A stretch of DNA of 49,811 nucleotides from a virus, in IMG/VR virus record IMGVR_UViG_3300005326_000015. The stretch is one strand, 5' to 3'. Shown in pieces: positions 9,001 to 17,508 of the stretch. The position numbers were made by a program, and so were the translations under genes. How positions within the stretch are numbered: position 1 is the first letter of the stretch; each line of letters opens with the position of its first letter. The notes below the pieces were generated by a model. That model worked only from the letters and a program-made list of their open reading frames with translations, had not been told where the DNA came from and did no database searches.

Positions 9001-12000
9001 GAAGCCTATTTAGGTGTTTACGGTCAGCCTGAAATCAGTTTTAAGGTGGCTACGGAAGAAGAGGCCATGGCCTTAGCCAAGCGCTTTAATCAAGAATCCA
9101 TTTACTTTAACGGTAGAGTATTAGAGGATGGTACAAAAGTCCCTGCTGACTTGATTATGAATCCGGACTACAATCCTGCAACGAATCAAATTATTCGTGA
9201 TGTTGTGGAAGAAGTCCCTGTAACCAAAGCGCCGGAGCCTATTATCACTCCTGAAGACATTAAAGCACCGGAACCTGTCAAGGCTCCTGAGCCTGCTGCT
9301 CCTGCTGAGAAAACATATCTTGATAAGAAAATTGAACTTGATGAATTTGAGACAAAAGAATTGTCTTCGATAATGAATATCAATAAGCGGGGGACTTCTG
9401 TAAAACCTTTCAGAAAGAAAGTCTTGTCGAAAGACCTTGATGATTATATTGCTAAAGGATTAAGTGATGATGTTGGCGAAGATTCGTTCTTCAGAGCCTT
9501 CAATATTACAGACCATAAAGGGGCAAAAGGACGCTTAGAAGGAAGAGATTATGAACCTTTGACAAAAGCGCAATATGCAGACCGTGGGCTTGAAAAGTAC
9601 ACTCCTTTGAACAGTAACGCCCCAAAACTCAGAGTTGTGGACAGAGAACTGGCACAAAACCATCATGAAATCAAACGCGTACGAAGAGCCATGGAAAAAC
9701 TTGACGCGCAGATGGGTACAAATTATGCCAACACTGGCTTGCTGGGTGAGATTTACAAAGAAGTAGATGAAACAGCCGATGCGTTGGCAAAGATGAAACC
9801 TGAGGGGCATCAGATTTATAAGACAGCCGCAGACAGCAGAGACAAATTAGTTGGTAAACTTCAAAAAGACTTGAAACTTCCTTCTAAAAAATCCGTTGAT
9901 GCGTTGGCAAATGAAACATTAGTTGATAATGCTTTCTCAAACAGCCGTGTAGCCAGTGAGTTGCGACTAAGGGCAGCAGATTATCCTGTTGTTGACTCTT
10001 TCACGATGCGAAGTGAAGTTATGGAAGTGTTGTCTGAAGATGCTTATGCAATGATGACAGGCAACATTTTAAGTAAAGAATTTAATGACCGTTTTGGAAC
10101 CATTGCTGGAAGAACAAACCTAAATACACCTTTCTCAGAAGAAACTCAGACTTACCTTCAAAGATTGTACGATGAGGTTCAAAAAGTTAGACAGGGTTCC
10201 TTCCCTTATGCAAAGTTTATGCAAGATGGTGTACTTGATGAAGAGAGAGCCTTTGAGGCTTTAAATGATTACATGAAGTCTGTCAACGGAATGTCAGTGC
10301 CTGAATTGCAAGAAGAGATGAGAAGGGCTTATAACGCTATTGACGAGATTAAAAGGACAAAATATGACTTGAGACAGGTGCTTGAATCAGAAGAAGCATT
10401 ACAAAATCTTCAAAACACCTATCAAAAAACAAACAACAAGGCCTATCACTATGGTGACTTAGGTATAGGCAGAGATACGACTTTCAAAAATATGGGTAGT
10501 AGCAGAGGCACAGGGCACTTTGGTACAGGCACTTACTTCTTGGGAGAAGAGGCAGCAGAAAGTACAGGCAAAATATCGTCTTATGCAGGCCGCCCTTTGA
10601 ATGAAGTAAACTTTGATGACTATGCTACATTTAAGCCAGCAACAGAAGAAGCAGGATTTGCTTTACATGATGGATTAAAAGAAATCAACGCTGTCAGTGA
10701 CAATGTGCAAAGCATGTGGACTGGCCGACCTTACACCGATGCTGAAGGATGGACCCACTATCCTGAGACGATGCAAATGACAGACCGTGAAATGGCTAAA
10801 ATCGTTAGAGAAGCCATGACCAACGGTAAGTTGAGCACAGACTTGAGTAAAGTTATGGATGATGCCTTAGATTACAACCAACGAGCCATTTCCGCTGGTA
10901 AAATTGATTTATATTATGCTAACTTATTTGATTCATTTGTAGAAGAATTTTCAGAAAAGGGAGCAGACACCTTGAACAGATATTCTGCCTTGCTACCTGC
11001 TAATTTGAAAACTGTGTTCGATGATTTGATTGCAAAGACAAAGGATGGTGTGGCTGAAGTTTCCGACTTTACAGGAAGAGAAGTTGGTGACATCGTAAAT
11101 ATCTTTGAAGGCATGTCGAACATTCATAAAGCCTCCAACAAAGCCTTGAAGAAGTTTGAGAAGGCAGGCTTGCCAAGGATGAACAAGAGCGTTGAAGAAT
11201 TTGTGACTTCCTTGATAGAGACAGTTAAAAAAGGTATGTCAGGCGATGACATGGCTCCGACGGCTTCAACCAATTTCATGAAAATGATTGGCTATGAAGG
11301 TATAGATGTCCGTGGATTGAAAGCATTAGACAACACTACCTACGGCAGCGTTATATACGATGTCAAAAAGGCTGCACAGGAAGCACCGGAAGCGGCTGCT
11401 GTTAAGGTAACACCGGATGACTTCGCTGCTAAAGCACCTGAAAAGGTAACGGAGACTCTGCCGTTTGACTACAACACCAATGACTACAAAGGGACTGTAC
11501 CTGCACGCACCTTAAATGCTCAAAGCAAAAAAGTCACGCTGGCTACTCCTGAAGAGTTTAATGTCATGGAATCCTTGTATAAAAGGTCAGGACGAAGGGC
11601 TTTTGCAGATGACCCTTATGTCTTTGAAAGATTAGTTGCAGGGAAACCTGGCATGAAAATGAAGACTATATTTGAGATTGAGGACACATTAAACAATATA
11701 AATCAAAAAATCAATGAAGGTACGATGAGCCTTACAGAAAAAGAACTGGATGACTTGTACACCTTGATGCAAAAGATTGATGCTGAATTCGGAACGGATT
11801 TGTCCAAACATTCAATACTTTCCAAAAAGAAATTTGATACTTATAACAAACGACTCAGTGACTACAACGCGCAAAAGTTGGCTTCGACACCTAAAGTGGA
11901 CGATTCTGTGGACATCCTGGATGAAGTCACCGGAAAAGCGCCGGAGCCTGAGTTGGATATTAACGCGATGTTCAAAGAGGCTGAGCCTCCAGTTCAAACA

Positions 12001-14139
12001 GCGAAGGCCGTTAACCCTGAATTTGAATATGAAGCATTGAACGACGCAGACTTTGTAACAGACTTGAACGCTAAAGTTCAAATAAATCCATTCGTTGAGA
12101 AGGTTTCCGTGAACCAGGCCACCTTATTCCAGTTCGATGACAAGACAATTCAGAAGTTAGCCGAGCGGATGAGAGCCAAAGGGATATTCACGGAGCAGCA
12201 AATTGCTGATATTACATCTCCGTTGGGTCAGAAGTGGTTAAACAAGTACATTGATGAGCACCACAAAACCGTGTTCCAAGGTACGGAAGCATATATTGAC
12301 AAGACTTTGAAGTGGTTGGATGACACTCAGGCTCAAAAGGTCTTCGAGACATCCGTCACAGCCTCTATGGCCGATTTGATTGAAACCTTGCCAAGAACAG
12401 TACGCTCAGCCAAAGTGTTTGATGCAATACTGTCTCCGTCGGTGGCTGAAATGGGAAGCCCGAACTCACCATTCCAATGGATTGAATTCGAGGATGAACT
12501 GGTCAGCGCTGTTAAAAACGAACAGGGTGAAGTCATTAAAACCATTACCAAAAAGAAGATGCCAAAAGCACCGTTGGGCTTCAAACGGATGTCCAATTCC
12601 CAGGTGCAGGAGTTTATTACAAAGATTGAGCGCTTAAACAATTTCATTCAAAGTGATGAGTTGCTGAGCGTGGCTGACTGGATGAAGAGTCAACTTGCGA
12701 AGAACGCAAAGAACCCAACAGGCCAGTTAGTGATTGAGGCCAATGTGGCGCGGGTGCTTGAGTTGGATTACAACAAAGTATCCGGAGCGTTGCTGAAATT
12801 CGTTGACTTCTCAAACAACTTATTCAAACGAAACAAACTGTTATCCCTTGCCTTCAACATCCGCAACAGCATCGGTATTACGACGAACATGTTCTTGTCG
12901 GGTATGGAGTTTACAGACATTGCGCGCAGTTTTGCAAGGGCAGACAACATCTTCAAACAAGGACCTGAATTGCTGGCCAGGGCTGCAAGAGCCGACATAA
13001 ACACGCTGAGCAAGATATTCAGTCCGGAAGAGATGAAGATATACCAGGCCTATGAAATGTTCATTAAAGGACAGTTCACGCTGCCAAGAACCATAAAGCA
13101 AGCGATTGCGGAAGGTCTCTCCGGCTCAGGGTCTGAGTTGATGGATTTGGATGGAATTAAAAAGGACATCACGAAAAATGCTAAGATGCCTGAATGGCTC
13201 CAAAAGAGCAAGGATGCCCTGGATACTGTGTCGATTGTCAATGGATGGGGAAATGAAACTGTGGATGCTTATGGTCGTATGGCTGTAATGGTGCATGCCA
13301 TGGAAAATCCTGAGTACCTGCAAAAGTTGATGGTCCAGGACCCGATTGCCGCCGTTCGCTTAGCCATGTTTGACCCAAAGAACCTGTCCTCTTATGAGAC
13401 AGAGATTGCCAAGCGGGTCATCCCATTCTATTCATTTACGAAGCAGAACTTAGTCTATCATATGCAAAACCTGCCAAACAATGCGGTCCGCTACAACAGA
13501 ATCCAAAAAGGATTGCGCAGCGCATGGAATGGTATGGGATTAAAACAAGAAGATTTGGAAGCCTACAAACTGGAGCAAATGTATATCCCGATTCCAGGGA
13601 TGTCAGCGGATGGCAAGTACTTCGCCATTAAAGCGAACCTACCACAATCCGACTTCGGCGAATTCTTAGGTAATCCAATTCAACGAGTGCTTGCATCCAC
13701 TTCCCCGCTCATTCGGGCCGGATTTGAAGTGGCAACCAACAAGCAAATATTCACCGGACAGGAAATATCCGAATTCCCTGGTCAGCGCAGCAGCACGATG
13801 CCATTCCTTGATAGGAATACAGAGTACTGGCTGAGCCAAGCAGGGTTGGATGTTCCAATGAAAGGTCTTACCGGATTATACAACGCAGCAACAGGGCAAG
13901 ATGTCCAAGGAGGTCTCATGCAAGCGTCAAACATTATCTCTCAAGGGTCCAAAGAGCAAGGTCAACTAAACCGCGCCTACCAAACTTTAGAGAGATTGCA
14001 ACAAGGTGTCCGCTACCTTAAACAAGAGGAAAAGGACTTACTCAAACTGGCTGAAATAAACAGTCCGACCCCAGCACTGGATGCAGCCCAAAACAAAATG
14101 GATGCACTTATGGCTAAACTAAAAAAAGGCCCCCGATAA
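6076..14139 (+). CDS. Giant multidomain (polyvalent-type) protein, 2,687 aa, with putative ADP-ribosyltransferase-like segment
   Basis: Uninterrupted 8.06-kb ORF. ATG at 6076 lies 6 nt after AGGAGGA (the track start 6055 is a GTG inside the previous gene). Pro-rich KAPEP linkers at 9226..9309, ~11430 and ~11935 suggest domain boundaries. The motif YHYGD..(N22)..GHFGTGTYFLGEE..(N19)..LNEVNF lies at 10444..10614. A bidirectional terminator follows. Confidence 0.9.
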   Translation: MSKIDELLNRLGQSAAKGTIDAIGQTQGAANKSPLLEVQNQVDNLAARMQGSGIDPTQFTDTRNPLEKMLNLRPDQNLLFDIFEVINRPQQALFGGIQHLQEGGDFLKGMEQGLTRTGAEEFSGGQILRNMFSGGKREDGTMDWTDWVGFGLDVFADPADLAFLPVSAVANVGQAATKLTGKASTKMDNLIKGGMAALGKTDVNTVAKVANVADDVMDVGEKTMASMAKDSYKLIREGEKFVSPTDLTMRALFGTVSFGLKGADAKLAEPLMTVLGKAEDYGNFKKVVSNFFNQTKAFSKEAVANIRLAFGEEAFAKKYMYEALKATDELLESWAGQLGVTPQRLSEMMGEYWSVTSPEQMMRASDILLKQRGAQLIPYSDEMYESLSKMVNSEQAIGDLMPVIEFEGLSYIDLRKITREMVDQSAKETSLAIPKMIKHLDVDNISKYADMPLFEQAYTDWYVQYQRMRKGLWSIQGSEFGMGTEYLRNVLTEDARHALAEVDALNHVFDLGGQTTNKTMGDPTLFAGRKYGADPITASNWIKAERTLDTMERMEKVLGARAKVSNATADAIQAAKLVEAQALEAGSKIKIDRRVRDLLDEFMEETGVTQDMLDIYTVMMENKLAKTEVGRDLIRQAKAVGLVGEDEKILDVSSHRFTVGEKSGSTLIETLDPEDYNRLVSLKASDPNFQSKVSKEVYNAIGSQPIPMKFKDGTALTKQQAKGYNKLTTWVQRLKELRAPTLTGMKSEGIMQIVDDTVWSKIDDESLKGIAYRSKVIEATDDIAEGLTSVPLKHVDLEEAAQGLAKEPDFLKKVVDNLNKATNNASSEVALGDLISRPESIIDYARREVLRQAREQYTYRQMKTGIQELLGRAATDEDMARAVALAEAGKPLHPRLFDPNFNIWQRTIDNLDGDFAKAKELGKGLKDGTYDLKTGKKLDLEGDDSYMVSFEQSSDAYTPEEYNKIIKELMDETGSEAYLGVYGQPEISFKVATEEEAMALAKRFNQESIYFNGRVLEDGTKVPADLIMNPDYNPATNQIIRDVVEEVPVTKAPEPIITPEDIKAPEPVKAPEPAAPAEKTYLDKKIELDEFETKELSSIMNINKRGTSVKPFRKKVLSKDLDDYIAKGLSDDVGEDSFFRAFNITDHKGAKGRLEGRDYEPLTKAQYADRGLEKYTPLNSNAPKLRVVDRELAQNHHEIKRVRRAMEKLDAQMGTNYANTGLLGEIYKEVDETADALAKMKPEGHQIYKTAADSRDKLVGKLQKDLKLPSKKSVDALANETLVDNAFSNSRVASELRLRAADYPVVDSFTMRSEVMEVLSEDAYAMMTGNILSKEFNDRFGTIAGRTNLNTPFSEETQTYLQRLYDEVQKVRQGSFPYAKFMQDGVLDEERAFEALNDYMKSVNGMSVPELQEEMRRAYNAIDEIKRTKYDLRQVLESEEALQNLQNTYQKTNNKAYHYGDLGIGRDTTFKNMGSSRGTGHFGTGTYFLGEEAAESTGKISSYAGRPLNEVNFDDYATFKPATEEAGFALHDGLKEINAVSDNVQSMWTGRPYTDAEGWTHYPETMQMTDREMAKIVREAMTNGKLSTDLSKVMDDALDYNQRAISAGKIDLYYANLFDSFVEEFSEKGADTLNRYSALLPANLKTVFDDLIAKTKDGVAEVSDFTGREVGDIVNIFEGMSNIHKASNKALKKFEKAGLPRMNKSVEEFVTSLIETVKKGMSGDDMAPTASTNFMKMIGYEGIDVRGLKALDNTTYGSVIYDVKKAAQEAPEAAAVKVTPDDFAAKAPEKVTETLPFDYNTNDYKGTVPARTLNAQSKKVTLATPEEFNVMESLYKRSGRRAFADDPYVFERLVAGKPGMKMKTIFEIEDTLNNINQKINEGTMSLTEKELDDLYTLMQKIDAEFGTDLSKHSILSKKKFDTYNKRLSDYNAQKLASTPKVDDSVDILDEVTGKAPEPELDINAMFKEAEPPVQTAKAVNPEFEYEALNDADFVTDLNAKVQINPFVEKVSVNQATLFQFDDKTIQKLAERMRAKGIFTEQQIADITSPLGQKWLNKYIDEHHKTVFQGTEAYIDKTLKWLDDTQAQKVFETSVTASMADLIETLPRTVRSAKVFDAILSPSVAEMGSPNSPFQWIEFEDELVSAVKNEQGEVIKTITKKKMPKAPLGFKRMSNSQVQEFITKIERLNNFIQSDELLSVADWMKSQLAKNAKNPTGQLVIEANVARVLELDYNKVSGALLKFVDFSNNLFKRNKLLSLAFNIRNSIGITTNMFLSGMEFTDIARSFARADNIFKQGPELLARAARADINTLSKIFSPEEMKIYQAYEMFIKGQFTLPRTIKQAIAEGLSGSGSELMDLDGIKKDITKNAKMPEWLQKSKDALDTVSIVNGWGNETVDAYGRMAVMVHAMENPEYLQKLMVQDPIAAVRLAMFDPKNLSSYETEIAKRVIPFYSFTKQNLVYHMQNLPNNAVRYNRIQKGLRSAWNGMGLKQEDLEAYKLEQMYIPIPGMSADGKYFAIKANLPQSDFGEFLGNPIQRVLASTSPLIRAGFEVATNKQIFTGQEISEFPGQRSSTMPFLDRNTEYWLSQAGLDVPMKGLTGLYNAATGQDVQGGLMQASNIISQGSKEQGQLNRAYQTLERLQQGVRYLKQEEKDLLKLAEINSPTPALDAAQNKMDALMAKLKKGPR
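12064..12081. repeat. TTGAAC-N6-GTTCAA palindrome (copy in giant ORF, in-frame LNAKVQ)
   Basis: ttgaacgctaaagttcaa; TTG is a codon in the ORF frame. Confidence 0.9.
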
Positions 14140-14150
14140 GGGAGCCTTTT
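14128..14150. terminator. Bidirectional terminator between convergent blocks
   Basis: GGCCCCC-gataa-GGGAGCC hairpin (one mismatch), flanked by an A8 run upstream and TTTT downstream. It sits between the stops of the 6076..14139 (+) and 14153..15043 (-) genes. Confidence 0.6.
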
Positions 14151-14152
14151 CT

Positions 14153-15043
14153 TTATGCCTTCGTTTTACGGAAGGTAGCATTGACATAAGTGGTGCCAGG
14201 TTTGCGGTACATATCCAAGTTCAAGTCAGGATTGTCTAAGGTCAACAAGGCTTCATCCAAGCCTCCTTTACGGAAGACTTCACTGATGGACATGCTGAAT
14301 CCGATGCCACTAAACTTCACATTCTCATAGCGTTCTTTGAACCATTCACTCAAGTCTTTTTCCCTGGCTTCAAGTTCCTTGATTTCCTGCTTCAGTTCAA
14401 ACAGTTCATAGGCTTTTTCTTCAGCCTCTGTGCTGAATTCGGCTTCTTTGATGACAACCCCTTGAGCGTTGTATTTTGAATTGTAAAGTTCAATAAGGTC
14501 ATAAGGGAAGTTTTTATAATCTTCAATACCATTGAGGCAAGCGAACACAAAGTCCACCATTTGCTCCATAAGCCCGATAAGTTCATCGTCGCGGCGAATT
14601 GTCGTGTAGATAGGCTTTCCCTTCCACATCCCGCAAAGCAGCGCCTGAGTGGCCCCTGTGGCCTGCATATAGGCTTGTACTTGAATCGCATAGCCTTTAC
14701 TCTGTGTGAATGGCTCTTGAGCGTTGGAGATTTTACATTCAACGACGGTCATTTCACCGTCGATAATGGCCATACCGTCGGTTTTACAGCGGATGCGTTC
14801 ATCGAAGGCATAGCGCACTTTTTCGTTGCGCTCTCCGATGCTAATTTGAAGTTTGTTCTCAAAGTAGTTGAGAGCACCTTCTTCAAGGAATGTTCCCCAG
14901 TCCATGCGGTCTTGCGCATCCTCTGTGAATTCCTGTTCGTCAATACCTAAATCGAAACGGATTTGTTCGGTTGGTGAATTGAATCCTACACCGAAGTAGG
15001 ACCCCAAACTGGATGCTGTTAGAGTGAATCTTTCTTGTTTCAT
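14153..15043 (-). CDS. YqaJ/lambda-Exo-like PD-(D/E)XK recombination exonuclease
   Basis: 296 aa. The D...ECK signature (KTDGMAIIDGEMTVVECK) and overall layout are typical of YqaJ-type viral exonucleases. An annealase gene is present elsewhere in the same block. Confidence 0.7.
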   Translation of the reverse strand: MKQERFTLTASSLGSYFGVGFNSPTEQIRFDLGIDEQEFTEDAQDRMDWGTFLEEGALNYFENKLQISIGERNEKVRYAFDERIRCKTDGMAIIDGEMTVVECKISNAQEPFTQSKGYAIQVQAYMQATGATQALLCGMWKGKPIYTTIRRDDELIGLMEQMVDFVFACLNGIEDYKNFPYDLIELYNSKYNAQGVVIKEAEFSTEAEEKAYELFELKQEIKELEAREKDLSEWFKERYENVKFSGIGFSMSISEVFRKGGLDEALLTLDNPDLNLDMYRKPGTTYVNATFRKTKA

Positions 15044-15046
15044 GGG

Positions 15047-15301
15047 TTAACCCTCCATTTTCGTTATTTCATAATCAAAGAATAAACGGATGCTCTTCTT
15101 ATTCTTCCCCATCCCGCCATTATGGCCGTGAGGTACTGGCTCTCCAAAATCGACATAATACATATCCATTTCCTTGTAGGCCTCGTATCGGTCTATTTTG
15201 GCAACGGTACCTACCATGTCCTGGTAGATTTCGGAATTAGGTATTGTGAGGTCAGGAGAGGTCACTTTGACTCTATCTCCTACTTTGATGATTGCTGGCA
15301 T
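15047..15301 (-). CDS. Hypothetical small protein (SH3/KOW-like N-terminus?)
   Basis: The start at 15301 (MPAIIKVGDRVKV) follows GGAGGG and overlaps the upstream stop (TAATG). The longer track ORF has no RBS. Confidence 0.55.
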   Translation of the reverse strand: MPAIIKVGDRVKVTSPDLTIPNSEIYQDMVGTVAKIDRYEAYKEMDMYYVDFGEPVPHGHNGGMGKNKKSIRLFFDYEITKMEG

Positions 15302-16290
15302 TATTGCCCTCCTTTCAAGATGGCGGACCATCGTTTGACAATATAGTCATTTTGCGGCTCATACAATGGCAGCCGCTCAGGTGATGTTGGAAAATCTTTC
15401 CAGTCATAATTTCCATGAGGCACTGTTGGGTCATCCGTGAATGGATACCATACCACAGGTGTGCCTAAGGCTTGCGCTTCCAATGTGACCATCCCGAAGG
15501 TCTCAAAGTCACTGAGCATAAACAGGAAGTCTGCATTTCGCATATACGGATAAGGGTTTGCGCGTGGTCCTATAAACAAGGAGCGCTCATGGTTAAGCAA
15601 CTCATCAGGGACATATTGCCACGCGGCTTCGACATGAGGCTCTCCGACAATGACCAGGAATAGGTCTTCTCTTTCATTCAGGATTTCCAAGGCGCGCACC
15701 CATCCTTTTTCCGGAGAGATGCGACATACCATTAGGCCTCTCAAATACCCATCAGGCCACAGGGTCTGTAAACCTTTCATGAGGTCAGGCATGATTTTGC
15801 TTGATTTTCTCATGATGTTATTTACATCTAATATGTTTGGGATGACATGATATTCTGAGCGTGGCACTTCCAAACTGAAGGTCTCATATTGCCATTGACT
15901 GACAAACACTTTAGGCATGTCTTCAAATCCCAACGGTCCTTTTAGAAGACTCCGCGGGCAATGCAGCCAAGCCACTTTTCGGGAGGATGTCACAAACTCA
16001 GAGATGTCTTTCTTGCAGAAGGGTGAGCAGTAAACCAACACATCCACATGCTGCGGCTTCTTGCTGCGCTCTACACGCGTCACTCCTCCCACTCTTCCAA
16101 CTCTATCATGACATAAGCGCTTTGTAAACATAATTTCGTCAAAAACCTTAATCATTTTGTCGTCACCATCCTCATAACAGAGGCTGACATCGAACTCCAT
16201 GGTGTGTAATAGCATCCGTGCCAAATTGTACACCGCCATCTCAACTCCTCCTAAGACTGGCTTAGGTATATAAAACATTATTTTTTCCAT
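15301..16290 (-). CDS. GT-B fold glycosyltransferase (GT1/GT4-like)
   Basis: 329 aa. C-terminal ...FMLSDFETFGMVTLEAQALGTPVV... matches the E-x-FG-x4-EA-x2-G-x-PV signature of family 4/1 glycosyltransferases. Confidence 0.75.
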   Translation of the reverse strand: MEKIMFYIPKPVLGGVEMAVYNLARMLLHTMEFDVSLCYEDGDDKMIKVFDEIMFTKRLCHDRVGRVGGVTRVERSKKPQHVDVLVYCSPFCKKDISEFVTSSRKVAWLHCPRSLLKGPLGFEDMPKVFVSQWQYETFSLEVPRSEYHVIPNILDVNNIMRKSSKIMPDLMKGLQTLWPDGYLRGLMVCRISPEKGWVRALEILNEREDLFLVIVGEPHVEAAWQYVPDELLNHERSLFIGPRANPYPYMRNADFLFMLSDFETFGMVTLEAQALGTPVVWYPFTDDPTVPHGNYDWKDFPTSPERLPLYEPQNDYIVKRWSAILKGGQ

Positions 16291-16620
16291 TTACGCAGCC
16301 TCCTTTGGCTTGAAACATACCATAAATTGTTCATCGGGTTGCTCATCCTGTATGTTTTTATATTTTATATCCGAAAAAGAAACCAAATCGTCATCTGCTA
16401 ATTCAGTTATAACAACATCTGTTCCCTTTCGCCAACACCAATCTTCACCATAATTTGTAGCAACACACTCCCACACACTACCTACTATCAGTTTATCTTT
16501 GCGTGATTCAAATTCAACACGCTCATCTATCCACTTCTTGATAAGATTTTCCTCTTCTTCATTCAAATCAGCAAGGCTCATATAACTTAGAGCCATCTGA
16601 ATCTTTTGATATTCATTCAT
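16291..16620 (-). CDS. Hypothetical protein, paralog of 16613..16996
   Basis: The start at 16620 (MNEYQKIQ) follows GGAGGAG. Shares ESRKDKL(I/V)VGS-W-C-A...F(M/L)(V/L)CF(K/M)PKE with the upstream gene. Confidence 0.6.
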   Translation of the reverse strand: MNEYQKIQMALSYMSLADLNEEEENLIKKWIDERVEFESRKDKLIVGSVWECVATNYGEDWCWRKGTDVVITELADDDLVSFSDIKYKNIQDEQPDEQFMVCFKPKEAA

Positions 16621-16996
16621 CCTTAATCTCCTCCTTCGACTTGAAACGGAGTGGGAAGTGCTCTTTTGGCATAAAGCAGAGCAGGAATTGCTCTTTCTTA
16701 ATGCTTTCATCACTGCTTAAATTAACCCATTGGTCATTCTCTATGTTGGCTATCTTGACAACAGTGCCTTTAATGATAGGAAACCAATCTCCCCAAAACA
16801 CACCTGTGCACTCTGCAATACACACCCATTCGCTACCCACAACCAACTTATCTTTGCGTGATTCAAGTTCGGTTTCTTTGTCAATTAGTTCTTGTAATTC
16901 CATAATTTCTTCTTCATTGTCATTAAATTCCATATCGCCTAAAACTTTATTTGAATCATGTTTCCATTGATTCAATGCCTTTTGATATTTACTCAT
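16613..16996 (-). CDS. Hypothetical protein, paralog of 16291..16620
   Basis: 127 aa. Tandem duplicate (see the paralog). The start is embedded in the GGAGAGTAAAGATGA junction. Confidence 0.6.
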   Translation of the reverse strand: MSKYQKALNQWKHDSNKVLGDMEFNDNEEEIMELQELIDKETELESRKDKLVVGSEWVCIAECTGVFWGDWFPIIKGTVVKIANIENDQWVNLSSDESIKKEQFLLCFMPKEHFPLRFKSKEEIKDE

Positions 16997-17150
16997 CTTT
17001 ACTCTCCTTTTCTTTTACCCAATGCAACTTTTTACCACAATTTGAACAATAATTAGGTTTTGTGGTATCTGTTTCCCATTCGCCTAAATAAACAATTTCA
17101 TCACAATTATTACAATGCCAATCACCACAATTTAAATATGGTTTATTCAT
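16989..17150 (-). CDS. Small zinc-ribbon protein (53 aa; not in ORF track)
   Basis: MNKPYLNCGDWHCNNCDEIVYLGEWETDTTKPNYCSNCGKKLHWVKEKESKDE. It has C-x5-C-x2-C ... C-x2-C, its start lies in a GGAGAGTAAAGATGA junction, and it fills an otherwise empty 150-nt gap. Confidence 0.55.
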   Translation of the reverse strand: MNKPYLNCGDWHCNNCDEIVYLGEWETDTTKPNYCSNCGKKLHWVKEKESKDE

Positions 17151-17508
17151 CTTTACTCTCCTCTTTCCTGGTTTTTATCTGTATGTCATACAGTGCAGGA
17201 TTATCTTTGTGAAACTGGTCCACATTCAACAGTGACAGCGCATTGAATACTACCGCTGCCAAATGGTCTTCGTCCTTCTTTCCCATCATGTATTTGGTCA
17301 AGTGGCGCATCAGGCTGCCTAAGCAGGCCGATTGAGGCTGTCCTAAGCGCCAATTATGATTCCCATACTTTCGTCCTCCTTCTCCGTAAAGAGGCGCTAC
17401 GCGAAGCATGAGGAGGTCATACGGCAGCAATTCCATCTCAGGTTTACCTTCCGCGCTGTCACGAACGGCTCCTGTCACAAATTCTCTTTTCTTTCCGCTA
17501 CTTAACAT
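17143..17508 (-). CDS. dATP/dGTP diphosphohydrolase N-terminal-domain-like protein
   Basis: FVTGAVRD..GKPEMELLPYD..GGRKYGNHNWRLG..LGSLMRHLTKYMMGKKDEDHLAAVVFNAL matches the conserved pattern I recall for this phage nucleotide-hydrolase family. Confidence 0.6.
   Translation of the reverse strand: MLSSGKKREFVTGAVRDSAEGKPEMELLPYDLLMLRVAPLYGEGGRKYGNHNWRLGQPQSACLGSLMRHLTKYMMGKKDEDHLAAVVFNALSLLNVDQFHKDNPALYDIQIKTRKEESKDE

Noticed and set aside
6076-14139. Giant ORF as a virion RNA polymerase (N4 vRNAP-like or crAss/YonO-like)
   Set aside because: There is no DxDGD double-psi beta-barrel motif. A TxxGR-like string (TIAGR, aa 1349-1353) and an R-x2-K-x6-YG string (aa 1753-1764) exist, but their spacings do not match Rx3Kx7YG. 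No motif A or motif C aspartate context is found in the right order. The genome is also full of host-type promoters.
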